Source of the DNA: an uncultured bacterium
GTDB lineage: Bacteria > Acidobacteriota > Aminicenantia > Aminicenantales > Saccharicenantaceae
NCBI GenBank assembly: GCA_963805015.1
Contig: CAWDSL010000024.1
Span: 180,408-244,407, forward strand
Length of the DNA stretch: 64,000 bases
Direction of reading: 5' to 3'
A program made the position numbers and the translations under genes. Every line of letters begins with the position of its first letter. Within the stretch, counting starts at the first letter, position 1. Shown in pieces: positions 1 to 11,104 of this stretch. The notes beneath the pieces are model-generated. The model had not been told where the DNA came from, did not search any database, and worked only from the letters and a program-made list of their open reading frames with translations.

Positions 1-44
1 CTACCGGAAGATGGCCGAATAGCTTTTGCGTTCGATCGTTCCCC

Positions 45-80
45 AGCCCCGGAAGGCCCAGCCTTCCGGGGCTTTTTTTT
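45..80 (+). terminator. Rho-independent terminator (13-bp GC stem AGCCCCGGAAGGC / GCCTTCCGGGGCT followed by T8)
   Basis: Perfect inverted repeat at 45-57 / 61-73 followed by the run TTTTTTTT; the U-tract is on the + strand only. It terminates a + strand gene lying upstream of the window. Confidence 0.8.
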
Positions 81-262
81 GGTACTCCTCCCATTTCCGG
101 GATTCCCTCTTGAGGCGGCGAGGGGATTATCCTCGTCCCTTTCGGGACAGGGTGAGCTAGTGGCCTAGCAGATCCCCGTTGCTGGAGGGGGGCGGCAGGG
201 AGCGGAGTCTGCGGAGCGACCATCAGCGCCGCCCCGGAGCGACCCGGAGGGACGGCGCTGGG

Positions 263-297
263 AAATATCTTAAGAAAGGGCTTTTGGAAGATATTTC
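263..297. promoter_or_regulatory. AT-rich perfect 10-bp inverted repeat GAAATATCTT-N15-AAGATATTTC (candidate operator or hairpin)
   Basis: Seen directly in the sequence; it is locally AT-rich within a 68% GC genome and lies about 80 nt upstream of the promoter at 379-407. Confidence 0.4.
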
Positions 298-378
298 GCA
301 GAAGCCCGGCTCCGAGTCGCTACGCCGTGCTTCTGCCCGGTCCGCTCCCAAGAGTCCGCTTCCCGTTCCACGGCCCGA

Positions 379-407
379 TTGACAGCCTGCGCCGGTGGCG
401 ATATAAC
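379..407 (+). promoter_or_regulatory. sigma-70 type promoter TTGACA-N17-TATAAC
   Basis: Consensus -35 hexamer, 17-nt spacer and a -10-like hexamer about 30 nt upstream of the ATG at 437; an RBS GGGAGGG precedes the start. Confidence 0.6.
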
Positions 408-436
408 CGGGGCGAACGATCGAACGGGAGGGCGAC

Positions 437-1066
437 ATGAACATGAAGAGAAGGGGCGTCGTGGGCGTAGCCGTGCTGGCCGCGGTCCTGCTCCTGCAGA
501 GCTGCGCGGCCCTGGGCGACATGGCGTCGGTCTTGGCCAACCTCCAGCGCCTGAAGTTCAAGATCGGGAGCATCCGGGATTTCCGCCTGCTGGGGATCAG
601 CCTGGGCGGCAAGGCCCGGATCGGCGATTTCGGAGCCGCGGACGCGCTGAGGATCGCCCAAGCCTACGCGTCCAAGAAGCTGCCGGTCGAGTTCGTCTGT
701 GACGTCCTGGCCGTCAATCCCAACGACGGCACGGGCGGCACGCCCAGGACCGTCAGCACCCTGACCGGCCTCGAATGTCGTCTGCTCATCGACGACAAGC
801 CGACGGTCGCCGGCAACATCGACCAGCCGATCGAGATCCCCGGCACCGGACAGGAAGCGGTCATCCCCCTGCGGCTCTCGCTTGACCTGCTGGAATTCTT
901 CGGCGACAAACGCTACGAGGACCTGCTCGGCTTGGCCCTGGCTATCGGCGGGCGGAGCGGCTCGCCCAGCCGGCTGGCGCTCGACGCCCAGCCGACCGTC
1001 TCCACGCCCATGGGACCGATCACCTACCCCGGCCGCCTGACGATCGTCAGCGCCGAGTTCCGCTGA
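437..1066 (+). CDS. hypothetical lipoprotein (signal peptide with lipobox LLQSC)
   Basis: ORF of 209 aa with N-terminal MNMKRRGVVGVAVLAAVLLLQSC; good RBS; no recognisable catalytic motifs. Confidence 0.6.
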   Translation: MNMKRRGVVGVAVLAAVLLLQSCAALGDMASVLANLQRLKFKIGSIRDFRLLGISLGGKARIGDFGAADALRIAQAYASKKLPVEFVCDVLAVNPNDGTGGTPRTVSTLTGLECRLLIDDKPTVAGNIDQPIEIPGTGQEAVIPLRLSLDLLEFFGDKRYEDLLGLALAIGGRSGSPSRLALDAQPTVSTPMGPITYPGRLTIVSAEFR

Positions 1067-1068
1067 GG

Positions 1069-2232
1069 TCAGAAGATACGGTACCGGCCCGCGGTCATGA
1101 GGACCTCTTCCGGCGCGTCCGGAAAGCGGAGGACGACCGAGTGGACGGAGATCCGCGGCTGGGTATCCGGGATGTAGATCCGGTCGAGGTGGATGACCGC
1201 CTCGGGACGCGAGAAAGCGGCCGGGCCGACCTGCCCGCCGAAATGGTCGCTCCGGCCGAAAGCGACGTGCAGGCCCAGCTTCTCGTCGAGGAGGATCTCG
1301 CCGACCGCGCCGATGCCGAAATCGCCGAGGACCCCGAAGCCGAGCTCCGCCATATTCCCGTAGGCCGGTTCGAGGCGCAGACGCTCCGCTTCGTCCTTCC
1401 AGGCAGGGCCCAGCGTCGCCGCGGGACGGACCGCCAGGGCCCGGTTGGCCTCGACGGCGAAGACGAGCACCTCGCCCGAGATCTCGACGGGTAACTCTCC
1501 CCGGGTCCGGCTGGCCGGGCCCCGCTCGCCCTCATAAGGCACGATGTAGGCTTCTCCGCTGGGCAGGTTCCCGGCCGTTCCTTTCTTGGGAAATCGGCCG
1601 CCGCTCTCGTGGGCCGTCCGGTAGCGGAGATCGAAGACCATCCGGTGAGGCTCGAGGCCGTCCTTGATGAACTCGATCTCGGCCTCTTCCGCCCGGTCCA
1701 GCCGGCCCTTGATCAGAGCCACCCGGCGTCCGACCTCTCCGTAGTCCACGCGAAGGGCCGGGATCATCTTCTCGGAGAATCCGGGCATGGTGGCGGCCCG
1801 GAAGCCGTGTCTTGCGGCCGCGTTCTTAAGGGGGGCGGTCGTCGAATATTCGGTCGGAGCGAGGAACAGAGGGACCTCCCGAAAGATCGTCTCGAACCCC
1901 GTGCGGGCCCCCGCCGAGGCCAGGCCCGCCGCGTCGGGCGGCAGACGGCCGCCGATCTCGAACGCCTCGGCCGGCAGGTCGGCGTTGTTCGAGCCGACAT
2001 CGGGGTAGGCGATGAGGCGGACCGCGTCGAGGGGCACGGACGCGGCGCCGCCGCGGAGCAGGGCGAACCACTCCTCGGCCATGGCCCGCCGGGCCCGCCA
2101 ATCGGGATTGTCTCTCGAAGGATCGCGAGGCACGTCGACGAGCAGGCCCAGGCTCCGATCCTCGGGATGATCGGGAAAGACCGATCGGACGAGGTCGACG
2201 AGGTCCTTCTGGTTCAAGCGGGCCATGGTCAT
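1069..2232 (-). CDS. putative aminopeptidase (M29/AmpS-like family; assignment tentative)
   Basis: The start was reassigned to the internal ATG (MTMARLNQ...). This ATG overlaps the TGA stop of the upstream M16 gene (ATGA) and is preceded by GGAGAT. The upstream 141 codons of the track ORF overlap the M16 gene out of frame. Length is about 387 aa. Confidence 0.5.
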   Translation of the reverse strand: MTMARLNQKDLVDLVRSVFPDHPEDRSLGLLVDVPRDPSRDNPDWRARRAMAEEWFALLRGGAASVPLDAVRLIAYPDVGSNNADLPAEAFEIGGRLPPDAAGLASAGARTGFETIFREVPLFLAPTEYSTTAPLKNAAARHGFRAATMPGFSEKMIPALRVDYGEVGRRVALIKGRLDRAEEAEIEFIKDGLEPHRMVFDLRYRTAHESGGRFPKKGTAGNLPSGEAYIVPYEGERGPASRTRGELPVEISGEVLVFAVEANRALAVRPAATLGPAWKDEAERLRLEPAYGNMAELGFGVLGDFGIGAVGEILLDEKLGLHVAFGRSDHFGGQVGPAAFSRPEAVIHLDRIYIPDTQPRISVHSVVLRFPDAPEEVLMTAGRYRIF

Positions 2233-3563
2233 CTCCTTTCCGGAGGCCCTTCGGGGCCGACGGTCACCTTGACCGCCCGTTCGGGCGAAAGGACCGCCCT
2301 GACATAGGCGTTGAGGTCCTCGAGGGTCACCGCTTCGATCGTCGGGCCCAGTTCGGAGAGGTGGCCGAAGCCGAGCCCGAGGACCTCGAATCCGGCGAGG
2401 AGCCGGGCTCGGGCAGCCTTGGCCTCGATCGAGCGGAGGAAACGGCCCCTGGCCATGGCCTTGGTCGCTTCGAGCTCGGCGGCGGTCAGGCCGTCCGCGC
2501 GGAGCTTTTCGAGCTCCCTGTCGAGAGCCTCCGACGCCCGCGCCGATTTGGCGTTCTCGGTCTCGAGGAAGACCTCGAGGATGCCGGCGCCGCGCATCCA
2601 GGTCAGGCGCGAGTCGAGGGTATAGGCCAGACGCTCGTCGGCCCGCAGGCCCCACAGGCGCGAACCCGGCCCTTGGCCGATCAAGACCTCGAGGAGGACG
2701 CCGCGGGCATGATCGGCGGGGGAGGGGGCCGGCAGGACGAAAGCGCGTCCGACGAAGGTCTGTTTGGTCTCCCGGATCAGGCGGATATCGTGGTTTCCCG
2801 GGAAGACCGGCGGGGCGACCGGGATGATCGGGCGTTCACCCTCCAGGAGACCCGGGAAGTAGCGTTCGATAAGGGCTTTGACCGCGCCCGGCTCGAGGTC
2901 CGACACGGCCGTGAAGAAGACGGAGGCCCGGGTGAAGTGACGGCGGTAGAAGGAGCCGACGTCCTTCCGGTCGATGCCTTTGAGGCTCTCCTCCGTGCCG
3001 TAGGGCGCCGAGCCGTATCCCGCCCCGTCGAAGTAGCCGGCCAGTATGGCGGCGTGGGCCGCCGAACCGGCGTCGTCAGCCTCGGCCCGCGCATAGAGCT
3101 TCATGAGCTCTTTGGTCCGGGAGACCCGAAGCCCGGAGAGCAGAGGATCGGCCACGATCTTCCCGGCCACGCGCAGGGCCTCTTCGAGGTTCTCCGACAG
3201 GCACTCGACCATCACCACGGAGAAGTCCTCGAGGCAGACGAAGCTCATCCGCGTCGCCTGGGCCATGAGATCGCGGACCTTGCCTTCGTCGGGGATCTCC
3301 AGGGCCAAACGCGCCGTCATGGCCGCCAAGCCGTCGAGACCCCTCGGAACGGCCGCCAAGCCGCCCGGGACGACGAGGGCGACGACCGTCACGGGAGAGG
3401 ACATATCCCTGTGCAGGATGAGCGGGATCCCCGAACTGAGCACGGTCTTCTCGGGCGCGACACCTCCCGCTTCGGTTCCCCGAACACGCGCGGTCTGCCC
3501 GGCGGGACCGGCCAGGAGAACCGCGAGGACGAACGCGGCGGCCCGGACGGCCGCATCCCTGCC
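2229..3563 (-). CDS. M16 family peptidase, non-catalytic partner subunit (no HxxEH), secreted
   Basis: C-terminal M16 domain similarity; lacks the zinc motif. The start is a putative GTG at about 3563 (MSAGRDAAVRAAAFVLAVLLAGPAG signal peptide); the alternative ATG is at 3404. It lies 5 nt downstream of the catalytic M16 gene. Confidence 0.6.
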   Translation of the reverse strand, partial: GRDAAVRAAAFVLAVLLAGPAGQTARVRGTEAGGVAPEKTVLSSGIPLILHRDMSSPVTVVALVVPGGLAAVPRGLDGLAAMTARLALEIPDEGKVRDLMAQATRMSFVCLEDFSVVMVECLSENLEEALRVAGKIVADPLLSGLRVSRTKELMKLYARAEADDAGSAAHAAILAGYFDGAGYGSAPYGTEESLKGIDRKDVGSFYRRHFTRASVFFTAVSDLEPGAVKALIERYFPGLLEGERPIIPVAPPVFPGNHDIRLIRETKQTFVGRAFVLPAPSPADHARGVLLEVLIGQGPGSRLWGLRADERLAYTLDSRLTWMRGAGILEVFLETENAKSARASEALDRELEKLRADGLTAAELEATKAMARGRFLRSIEAKAARARLLAGFEVLGLGFGHLSELGPTIEAVTLEDLNAYVRAVLSPERAVKVTVGPEGPPERR

Positions 3564-3568
3564 GGCGC

Positions 3569-4933
3569 TCACTTCGTGCCCCCTTTGGGTGGAACGACGG
3601 TGACGGCAGCGTAGGCCGGCCGGCCGAAATGCTTGGCCGCCGCCCGCCGCAGGTCCCCGGAGTCGACGCGGCCGATCCCGGCGAGGTAGGACCCGGGATC
3701 CTCCCGCGTGTTGAGGAGCATGTGCCGGACGAAAGACCCAGCCAGCTGCAGGCCCGATTCCTCGGCTTCGCCCGAGGCGAAACGGATCTGGTTCTTGGCG
3801 CTCTCCAGAAAATCGAACGCGGCCATCTCCGCCTCGGGATCGAGAAAATCCTTCTTCGAATAGTTCTCGCCTCCGGACCGCTTGAGGAAAGCGACGGCCG
3901 CGCGCTCCACGGCCGGGAGGTCGGCGGGGTCGACCTTGATGGAGACGACGGCCGCTCCCCCGAACCGGAGGGCCAGGTAGGCCATCGAGACCCGCTGGAC
4001 GGTGTCGCGCTCGCTTTGCAGGCGGGCAGAGAGCAGGGGGTTGATCCCCCGTCCGAGGGCCTCGACCAGGACGCTCATGGCGTAGCGGTCGGCGTGGTTG
4101 TAGTCGGGGGCAGAGAAGGCCAGATAGATATAGCCGTCCCGGACGTCGCGTTCCCAGCGCACGACCGCGTCCTTCTTGGGCGGAAGGGCCATGGGCAAGG
4201 GCTCCGCGACGAACCCTGTCTTCGGCAAGGGGCCGAAGACATCGCGCACGAGCCGCTCCATGCCGGCCGCCGCGAAATCCCCGACCACGGCCAGGGCGGC
4301 GTTGTCGGCCACGAAGCGCTTGCGGTAGAAGCCGAGGAGATCCTCGACCGTGGCCCCGGCGACGACCTCGCGCCGGCCGTAGACGGACCGCCCGTAGGGG
4401 TGTCCGGCGAAGAGCTCCCGGAGGACCCGGTCCGCCGCGCTCCTTTCCGGGTCGTCCTCCATCTGGCTGAGCTCTTCCAGAATGACCTCCTTTTCGGCCT
4501 CGAGCTCGTCTCGGCGCAGATCGAAACCGAAGAGGATGTCTTTCTGGTTGCGGAGCGCGAATCCGGCGTGCTCGGACGGGAGAGAGATCTCGAATACGGC
4601 CAGGTCCTGGCCGGTCGCGCCGTTGAAGTAAGCCCCGTGGCGCCGGATGTCGGAGCCGACCTGGGTCCCCGACCTGGCCGAGGTGCCGCGGAAGAGGAGG
4701 CAATGCTCGAGGAGGTGGACGAGGCCGTTGGTCTCCTCCGTCTCGTTCTTGGAACCCAGATCGAAACCGGTGACCACGTGGAGGAGGGGCAGGTCGCGCT
4801 TCTCGTAGAGGAAGACGCGGAGGCCGTTATCGAGGATGAAGAACCGCCCGGGATCCCGGTCGCCCGGGAGAAGCGGCAGGGCCAGGAGGCCGATGAGGAC
4901 CGCGACCGGGACCCTCTTCGCGGCCGAATGCAT
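3569..4933 (-). CDS. M16 family zinc peptidase (pitrilysin/insulinase-like), catalytic subunit, secreted
   Basis: Contains the inverted zincin motif HLLEH (VHLLEHCLLFRGT); N-terminal signal peptide; RBS GAGGAAGA. Confidence 0.85.
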   Translation of the reverse strand: MHSAAKRVPVAVLIGLLALPLLPGDRDPGRFFILDNGLRVFLYEKRDLPLLHVVTGFDLGSKNETEETNGLVHLLEHCLLFRGTSARSGTQVGSDIRRHGAYFNGATGQDLAVFEISLPSEHAGFALRNQKDILFGFDLRRDELEAEKEVILEELSQMEDDPERSAADRVLRELFAGHPYGRSVYGRREVVAGATVEDLLGFYRKRFVADNAALAVVGDFAAAGMERLVRDVFGPLPKTGFVAEPLPMALPPKKDAVVRWERDVRDGYIYLAFSAPDYNHADRYAMSVLVEALGRGINPLLSARLQSERDTVQRVSMAYLALRFGGAAVVSIKVDPADLPAVERAAVAFLKRSGGENYSKKDFLDPEAEMAAFDFLESAKNQIRFASGEAEESGLQLAGSFVRHMLLNTREDPGSYLAGIGRVDSGDLRRAAAKHFGRPAYAAVTVVPPKGGTK

Positions 4934-5122
4934 GTGACTGTCTTCCTCGCCGTTCCTCTCTGCGGATCTCGACCCAGTTTAGCACAGGGGAGGGGGGACG
5001 GGCCACCTGGCCTTGCTTTTCGAGCGCGATTCCGCCCGCCCGGGCGAGCACCCCGGGTCCCTACGACGCTCTTCTTGCCGGGAGCGGGATATGCTATCAT
5101 CGCCCCGAGAGGACCGACCACC

Positions 5123-6577
<1,455 letters not shown>

Positions 6578-6897
6578 CAGCGACTCCGGGCGACCGGGGG
6601 AAAGTGCCACAGAAAAGACACCGCCCTTCGGGGGGCGCAAGCCCCCCGGGGAGCAAGGGTGAAATGGCGAGGTAAGAGCTCACCGCCCCGGCGGCGACGC
6701 CGGGGGCAGGGCAAACCCCATCCGGAGCAAGGCCAAACGAGCCCCATTTTGGGATGGCCCGTCCCAGGGGGCGGGTCGGCCGCTGGATCCCGGGAGCAAT
6801 CCCGGGACTAGACAAATGACCGTCGCCCGCGCGAGCGGGGACAGGATCCGGCTTACGACCCGCTCCGGCCGTTCTTTTTCTTAAGGGAGGTCCGCGG

Positions 6898-8127
6898 ATG
6901 GCCCGTTTCGCCTGGTTGAAAGAGGCCTCGCCGGACGCCCGGCGGGCCCTGGTGGCCGCCTCGTTCGGCTGGATGCTCGACTCGTTCGACGTCATGCTCT
7001 ATGCCATGGTCCTGGCCGCCCTGATGGCCGACCTGGGCATGGCCAAGGCGACGGCGGGGCTCCTGGGTTCGCTGACCCTCGTCTCATCGGCCGTCGGCGG
7101 CCTCGTCTTCGGCGTCCTGGCCGACCGGCTGGGCCGGCGCAAGGCCCTGATGGCCAGCATCCTCATCTACTCGGTCTTCACCGCGGCCTGCGGCTTCGCC
7201 ACGGGCGTCGTGATGCTGGCCGTCTTCCGGATCTTCCTCGGGTTGGGCATGGGCGGGGAGTGGGCGAGCGGCGCGGCGCTCGTCTCCGAGACCTGGCCAG
7301 CCAAGCACCGGGGCAAGGCCTTGGGCATCGTCCAGAGCTCCTGGGCCGTGGGCTACGCGGCCGCCGCCGCCGTGGCCGCCCTCGTCCTGCCCGTCTGGGG
7401 CTGGCGGGGTGTTTTTTTCGTCGGCGTCGTCCCGGCCTTCTTCACCCTCTGGATCCAGAGGCGGGTGCGGGAGCCCGAGATCTGGAAGGCCGCCCGCACG
7501 GAAGCTCCGCCCGTCCGGGCGGGCTTCGGCGAGATCTTCGGCCGCAAGCGTCTCCGCCTGACCCTGTTCATCACCCTGATGAACGCCTGCACCATGTTCG
7601 GCTGGTGGGGCTTCAACCTCTGGCTCCCGGCCTACCTGTCGATGCCGGTGGACCAGGGCGGCATGGGCCTGGGCCCAGGGACCATGTCGGGCCTGGTCAT
7701 CTTCATGCAAGCGGGCATGTGGCTCGGCTATATCTCGTTCGGCTTCATCAGCGACCGGTTCGGCCGGAAGAGGTCCTACGTCGGGTTCCTCACGGCCGCC
7801 GCCGCCTTCATGCTGCTCTACGCCCGGGCCCGCTCGCCGCTTGTCCTGCTCGCGCTCGGGCCCTTCGTCGCTTTCTTCGGCACGGGCTACTTCACCGGCT
7901 TCGGGGCCCTGACGGCCGAGATCTATCCGACCGCCGTCCGGGCCACGGCCCAGGGCATCACCTACAACACGGGGCGGATCGTCAGCGCCGCGGCGCCGTT
8001 CGTCGTCGGCTCGCTGGCCCAGACCAGGGGATTCGGATTCTCGTTCGGCCTGATCGCCGGGTCCTTCCTCGCGGCGGCTGTGCTGTGGGCGGGCATCCCG
8101 GAGACGAAGGGGAAGGCGCTCGAGTGA
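6898..8127 (+). CDS. MFS transporter
   Basis: 409 aa with about 12 hydrophobic helices and an MFS signature GVLADRLGRRKAL; RBS AAGGGAGG. Confidence 0.8.
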   Translation: MARFAWLKEASPDARRALVAASFGWMLDSFDVMLYAMVLAALMADLGMAKATAGLLGSLTLVSSAVGGLVFGVLADRLGRRKALMASILIYSVFTAACGFATGVVMLAVFRIFLGLGMGGEWASGAALVSETWPAKHRGKALGIVQSSWAVGYAAAAAVAALVLPVWGWRGVFFVGVVPAFFTLWIQRRVREPEIWKAARTEAPPVRAGFGEIFGRKRLRLTLFITLMNACTMFGWWGFNLWLPAYLSMPVDQGGMGLGPGTMSGLVIFMQAGMWLGYISFGFISDRFGRKRSYVGFLTAAAAFMLLYARARSPLVLLALGPFVAFFGTGYFTGFGALTAEIYPTAVRATAQGITYNTGRIVSAAAPFVVGSLAQTRGFGFSFGLIAGSFLAAAVLWAGIPETKGKALE

Positions 8128-8139
8128 ACGCTTTCCGGG

Positions 8140-9543
8140 CTAGAACGGCCCGGACAAGGCTTGGCGAATGACCGCCAGCAGGTTCCCCGGCCACAACCCC
8201 AGCTCGAGGACGCCGAACAAGCACAGGAACAGGACCAGGGCCAGGGCGGGATTCTCTCTTTCGACGGCGATCTCCGTATCGCCGTCGCGCATGTACATGA
8301 CGACGATCACCTTCAGGTAGAAGGCCACCGAGACGAGGCTGGCCAGCACGGCGGCGACGGCCAGGGCCACATGTCCCTCCCGGACCGCCGCCCCGAAGAC
8401 ATAGAACTTGGCCAGGAAGCCGGCGGTCGGCGGAAACCCGGCGAGCGAGAGGAGAAAGAGAGAGAGGCCGGCGGCAAGCCAGGGGGCGCGACGGCCCAAT
8501 CCGGCGAAGTCCTCGAGGGCCGTGTGCTCTTTCCCCGGCCCGGTCGCGGCCGCCAGGACGCCGAAAGCCCCGACGTTCATGAACAAGTAGGCGACGAGGT
8601 AGAAGACCAGGCTCGAGGCGTCGCGGGAGACGACGGCGACGAGAAGATAGCCCGAATGGGCGATCGACGAATAGGCCAGCATCCGCTTGAGGTCCGTCTG
8701 GCGGAGCGCGGCCAGATTCCCGGCGAACATGGTCAGGACGGCGGCGACGCTCAAGGCCGGGCCGAAGACGGAGCGGCCGGCCGCGGGGTCGAGCCAGGGG
8801 AGCGTGATCCGAAGCAGGACGGCCAGCCCGGCCGCCTTGGGAACGACGGTCAGGAACGCGGTGACGGGCGTCGGGGCTCCTTCGTAGACGTCGGGGGCCC
8901 ACATGTGGAAGGGAGCGACGGCCGCCTTGAAAAAGAGGGCGGTCAGGACAAGCGCCAGGCCGATCGCGCCGGCCGGCGCGAGGCCGGCGACGAGGTCGAG
9001 CCCGCCCGACGTCCCGAAGACGAAGGCCAGGCCGAAGACGTAGAAGGCCCCGGCAAAGCTGCCCATCAGAAAATACTTGGCCGCGGCCTCCGAGGAGGCC
9101 CGGTCCCGTCTCTTGAGCCCGGTCAAGGCATACGAAGCCACGGACAGGACCTCGAGGCCGAGGAAGACGACGAGCCCGTCGGACGAAGACACCATGATCA
9201 TGGCCCCGGCCACGGCCAGGAGGAGGAGGCCGCAGAACGGACCCAGCGGCATGTCCCGCCTGACGGCGTACTTGAGGCCCATGAGAATAACGGCCGCCCC
9301 GGCCACGGCGAATAGGGCCGTGAGGGCCAGGGCCAGGGCGTCGAGCGAGAGCCGGCCGCCGAAATAGGTGAGGCCGTGCCCCCAGGACCGGACGGCGAAG
9401 TAGGCGACGACGCCGAGCGCGGCGACGGCCGCATAGGCGGGAACCTCCGAGCGCTTGTCCCTGAGGAACGCCTCGAGGAGAAGCGAGGCCAAAGCGCCGG
9501 CGACCACGGCGATGAGCGGCGCCAGGGCCATGAACGACGGCAT
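8140..9543 (-). CDS. nuoN: NADH-quinone oxidoreductase subunit N
   Basis: 467-aa polytopic membrane protein of the ND2 / antiporter-like family; last gene of the nuoJKLMN run. Confidence 0.85.
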   Translation of the reverse strand: MPSFMALAPLIAVVAGALASLLLEAFLRDKRSEVPAYAAVAALGVVAYFAVRSWGHGLTYFGGRLSLDALALALTALFAVAGAAVILMGLKYAVRRDMPLGPFCGLLLLAVAGAMIMVSSSDGLVVFLGLEVLSVASYALTGLKRRDRASSEAAAKYFLMGSFAGAFYVFGLAFVFGTSGGLDLVAGLAPAGAIGLALVLTALFFKAAVAPFHMWAPDVYEGAPTPVTAFLTVVPKAAGLAVLLRITLPWLDPAAGRSVFGPALSVAAVLTMFAGNLAALRQTDLKRMLAYSSIAHSGYLLVAVVSRDASSLVFYLVAYLFMNVGAFGVLAAATGPGKEHTALEDFAGLGRRAPWLAAGLSLFLLSLAGFPPTAGFLAKFYVFGAAVREGHVALAVAAVLASLVSVAFYLKVIVVMYMRDGDTEIAVERENPALALVLFLCLFGVLELGLWPGNLLAVIRQALSGPF

Positions 9544-9544
9544 G

Positions 9545-11104
9545 TCAGCGCTCCGTCCCCGCGAAAACCAGGCCGGGAAAAGCCGGCGAGAGGCCCGGCT
9601 TCGCCAGGCTCGCGGCCGCCGGGACCGGGGTTTTCATACTTCCGAGGTACCGTGAGATCGACGCGTCCATTTTCCGCAGGAAGAGGCCCGGGAAAAGGCC
9701 CATGAAGACGATGAGGACCACGACCGGGACAAGATAGGCCAGCTCCCGCCCGTCGAGATCCCGCAGCCGGGTATCGTCGAGGGCTTTGAGCGGCCCGTGC
9801 ATGACCCGGCGGTAGAGCCAGAGGAGGTAGGTGGCCGACAGCACGACCGTCGATACGCTCAGGATGGCCAGGGTCCTGTTCGACTCGAAAACGCCGAAGA
9901 AGCACAGGATCTCCCCGACGAAACCGTTGAGACCCGGCAGGCCGGCCGACGAGAGCATGGCGACGAGAAATAACCCGGCAAAGACGGGCATGCGCGCCGC
10001 GGTCCCGCCGTAGTCGGCGATGAGACGGGTATGCGTCCGCTCGTAGAGGACGCCGACGCATAGGAACAGGGCCCCGGTGCTCAAGCCATGGTTGAGCATT
10101 TGGTAGAGAGCGCCCTGCGTCGCTTCGAAATTGAGGGAGAACACGGCCAGCATGATGAGGCCCATGTGGCTGACGCTCGAATAGGCGACGAGCGATTTCA
10201 TGTCCTTCTGGACGAGGGCCATCAGGCCGCCGTAGATGATGCCAATGACGGCTAGGACGGACAGGGCCGGGGCGAAAGAAGCCGCGGCCGCGGGGAAGAG
10301 CGGTATCCCCAGGCGGATGAATCCGTAGGCGCCCATCTTCAGGAGGACGGCGGCCAGCAGAACCGAACCGGCCGTGGGCGCCTCGACATGGGCGTCGGGG
10401 AGCCAGGTGTGGAGCGGGAAGAGGGGGACTTTGACGGCAAAGGCCAGGCCGAACGCCAGGAAGAGCCAGGTCTGAAGGCCGGCGGGAAGGGGGACGGCGG
10501 CGAGGTCGGCGAAAGCCATCGAATAGCCGCCCGTCGCCCGGTGATAAGCGGCCTGGAGGACGAGGATGCCGACCAGCATCAGCAGGCTGCCGAACATGGT
10601 GAACAGAACGAACTTCATCGTGGCGTAGATCCGGCGCCGGCCGCCCCAGATGCCGATGAGGAAGTACATCGGGACGAGCATGGCCTCCCAGAAGACGTAG
10701 AAAAGGAACAGGTCCAGGGAGACGAAGACCCCGATCATGCCGGTCTCGAGCAGCAGCATGAAAATGGAGAATTCCTTGATCCGGTCGTCGACGGCGCGCC
10801 AGGAAGAGAGCAGGGCCACCGGCGTGAGGAACGCCGCCAGGAGGACGAGGAACAGGCTGATGCCGTCGACGCCGACATGATAGTCGATGCCCCGGCCCAG
10901 CCAAGGGGCCCGCTCGACGAACTCCGGCAAACCCGTTCGCCCGTCAAAGCCGAAGACGAGAACGAGGGACAGGGCCAAGGTCATGAAGGCCGCGGCCAAG
11001 GCGATCGCGCGCACGGACCTGACCGAACTCCCGGGGATGAAGACGAGGAGGACCGCTCCCGCGAGCGGCAGGAAGGCGATCAGGCTGACCAGGGGCACGC
11101 TCAT
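9545..11104 (-). CDS. nuoM: NADH-quinone oxidoreductase subunit M
   Basis: 519 aa of the ND4 family (HTWLPDAHVEAPTAGSVLLAAVLLKMGAYGFIR). The start ATG overlaps the nuoL stop (ATGA). The upstream 600 codons of track ORF 9545..12913 are out-of-frame overlap with nuoL. Confidence 0.88.
   Translation of the reverse strand: MSVPLVSLIAFLPLAGAVLLVFIPGSSVRSVRAIALAAAFMTLALSLVLVFGFDGRTGLPEFVERAPWLGRGIDYHVGVDGISLFLVLLAAFLTPVALLSSWRAVDDRIKEFSIFMLLLETGMIGVFVSLDLFLFYVFWEAMLVPMYFLIGIWGGRRRIYATMKFVLFTMFGSLLMLVGILVLQAAYHRATGGYSMAFADLAAVPLPAGLQTWLFLAFGLAFAVKVPLFPLHTWLPDAHVEAPTAGSVLLAAVLLKMGAYGFIRLGIPLFPAAAASFAPALSVLAVIGIIYGGLMALVQKDMKSLVAYSSVSHMGLIMLAVFSLNFEATQGALYQMLNHGLSTGALFLCVGVLYERTHTRLIADYGGTAARMPVFAGLFLVAMLSSAGLPGLNGFVGEILCFFGVFESNRTLAILSVSTVVLSATYLLWLYRRVMHGPLKALDDTRLRDLDGRELAYLVPVVVLIVFMGLFPGLFLRKMDASISRYLGSMKTPVPAAASLAKPGLSPAFPGLVFAGTER

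Noticed and set aside
179-612. ORFs 179..382+ and 223..612- at the window start
   Set aside because: They overlap the terminator, the inverted repeat and the promoter elements, and the bona fide lipoprotein start at 437. They have no RBS and show the low-complexity Arg/Gly/Pro composition typical of GC-driven ORFs.
3629-5122. Upstream 498 codons of the 982-aa + strand ORF (and similar long ORFs such as 4979..6640-, 8161..9315+, 15520..16659+, 33063..34364+, 46645..48603+)
   Set aside because: These lie antisense to, or out of frame with, well-supported genes (M16, the regulator, nuoN, purF-like, M16, M20). They show no domain-like sequence and are biased to Arg, Gly, Pro and Ala, which is the usual product of stop-codon scarcity in 68% GC DNA.
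4934-5122. Sigma-54 (-24/-12, TGGCAC-N5-TTGC) promoter for the NtrC-like activator's targets
   Set aside because: A manual scan of intergenic regions found GG-N10-GC candidates only with wrong spacing or flanks. The regulator appears to be an orphan whose targets lie outside the window.
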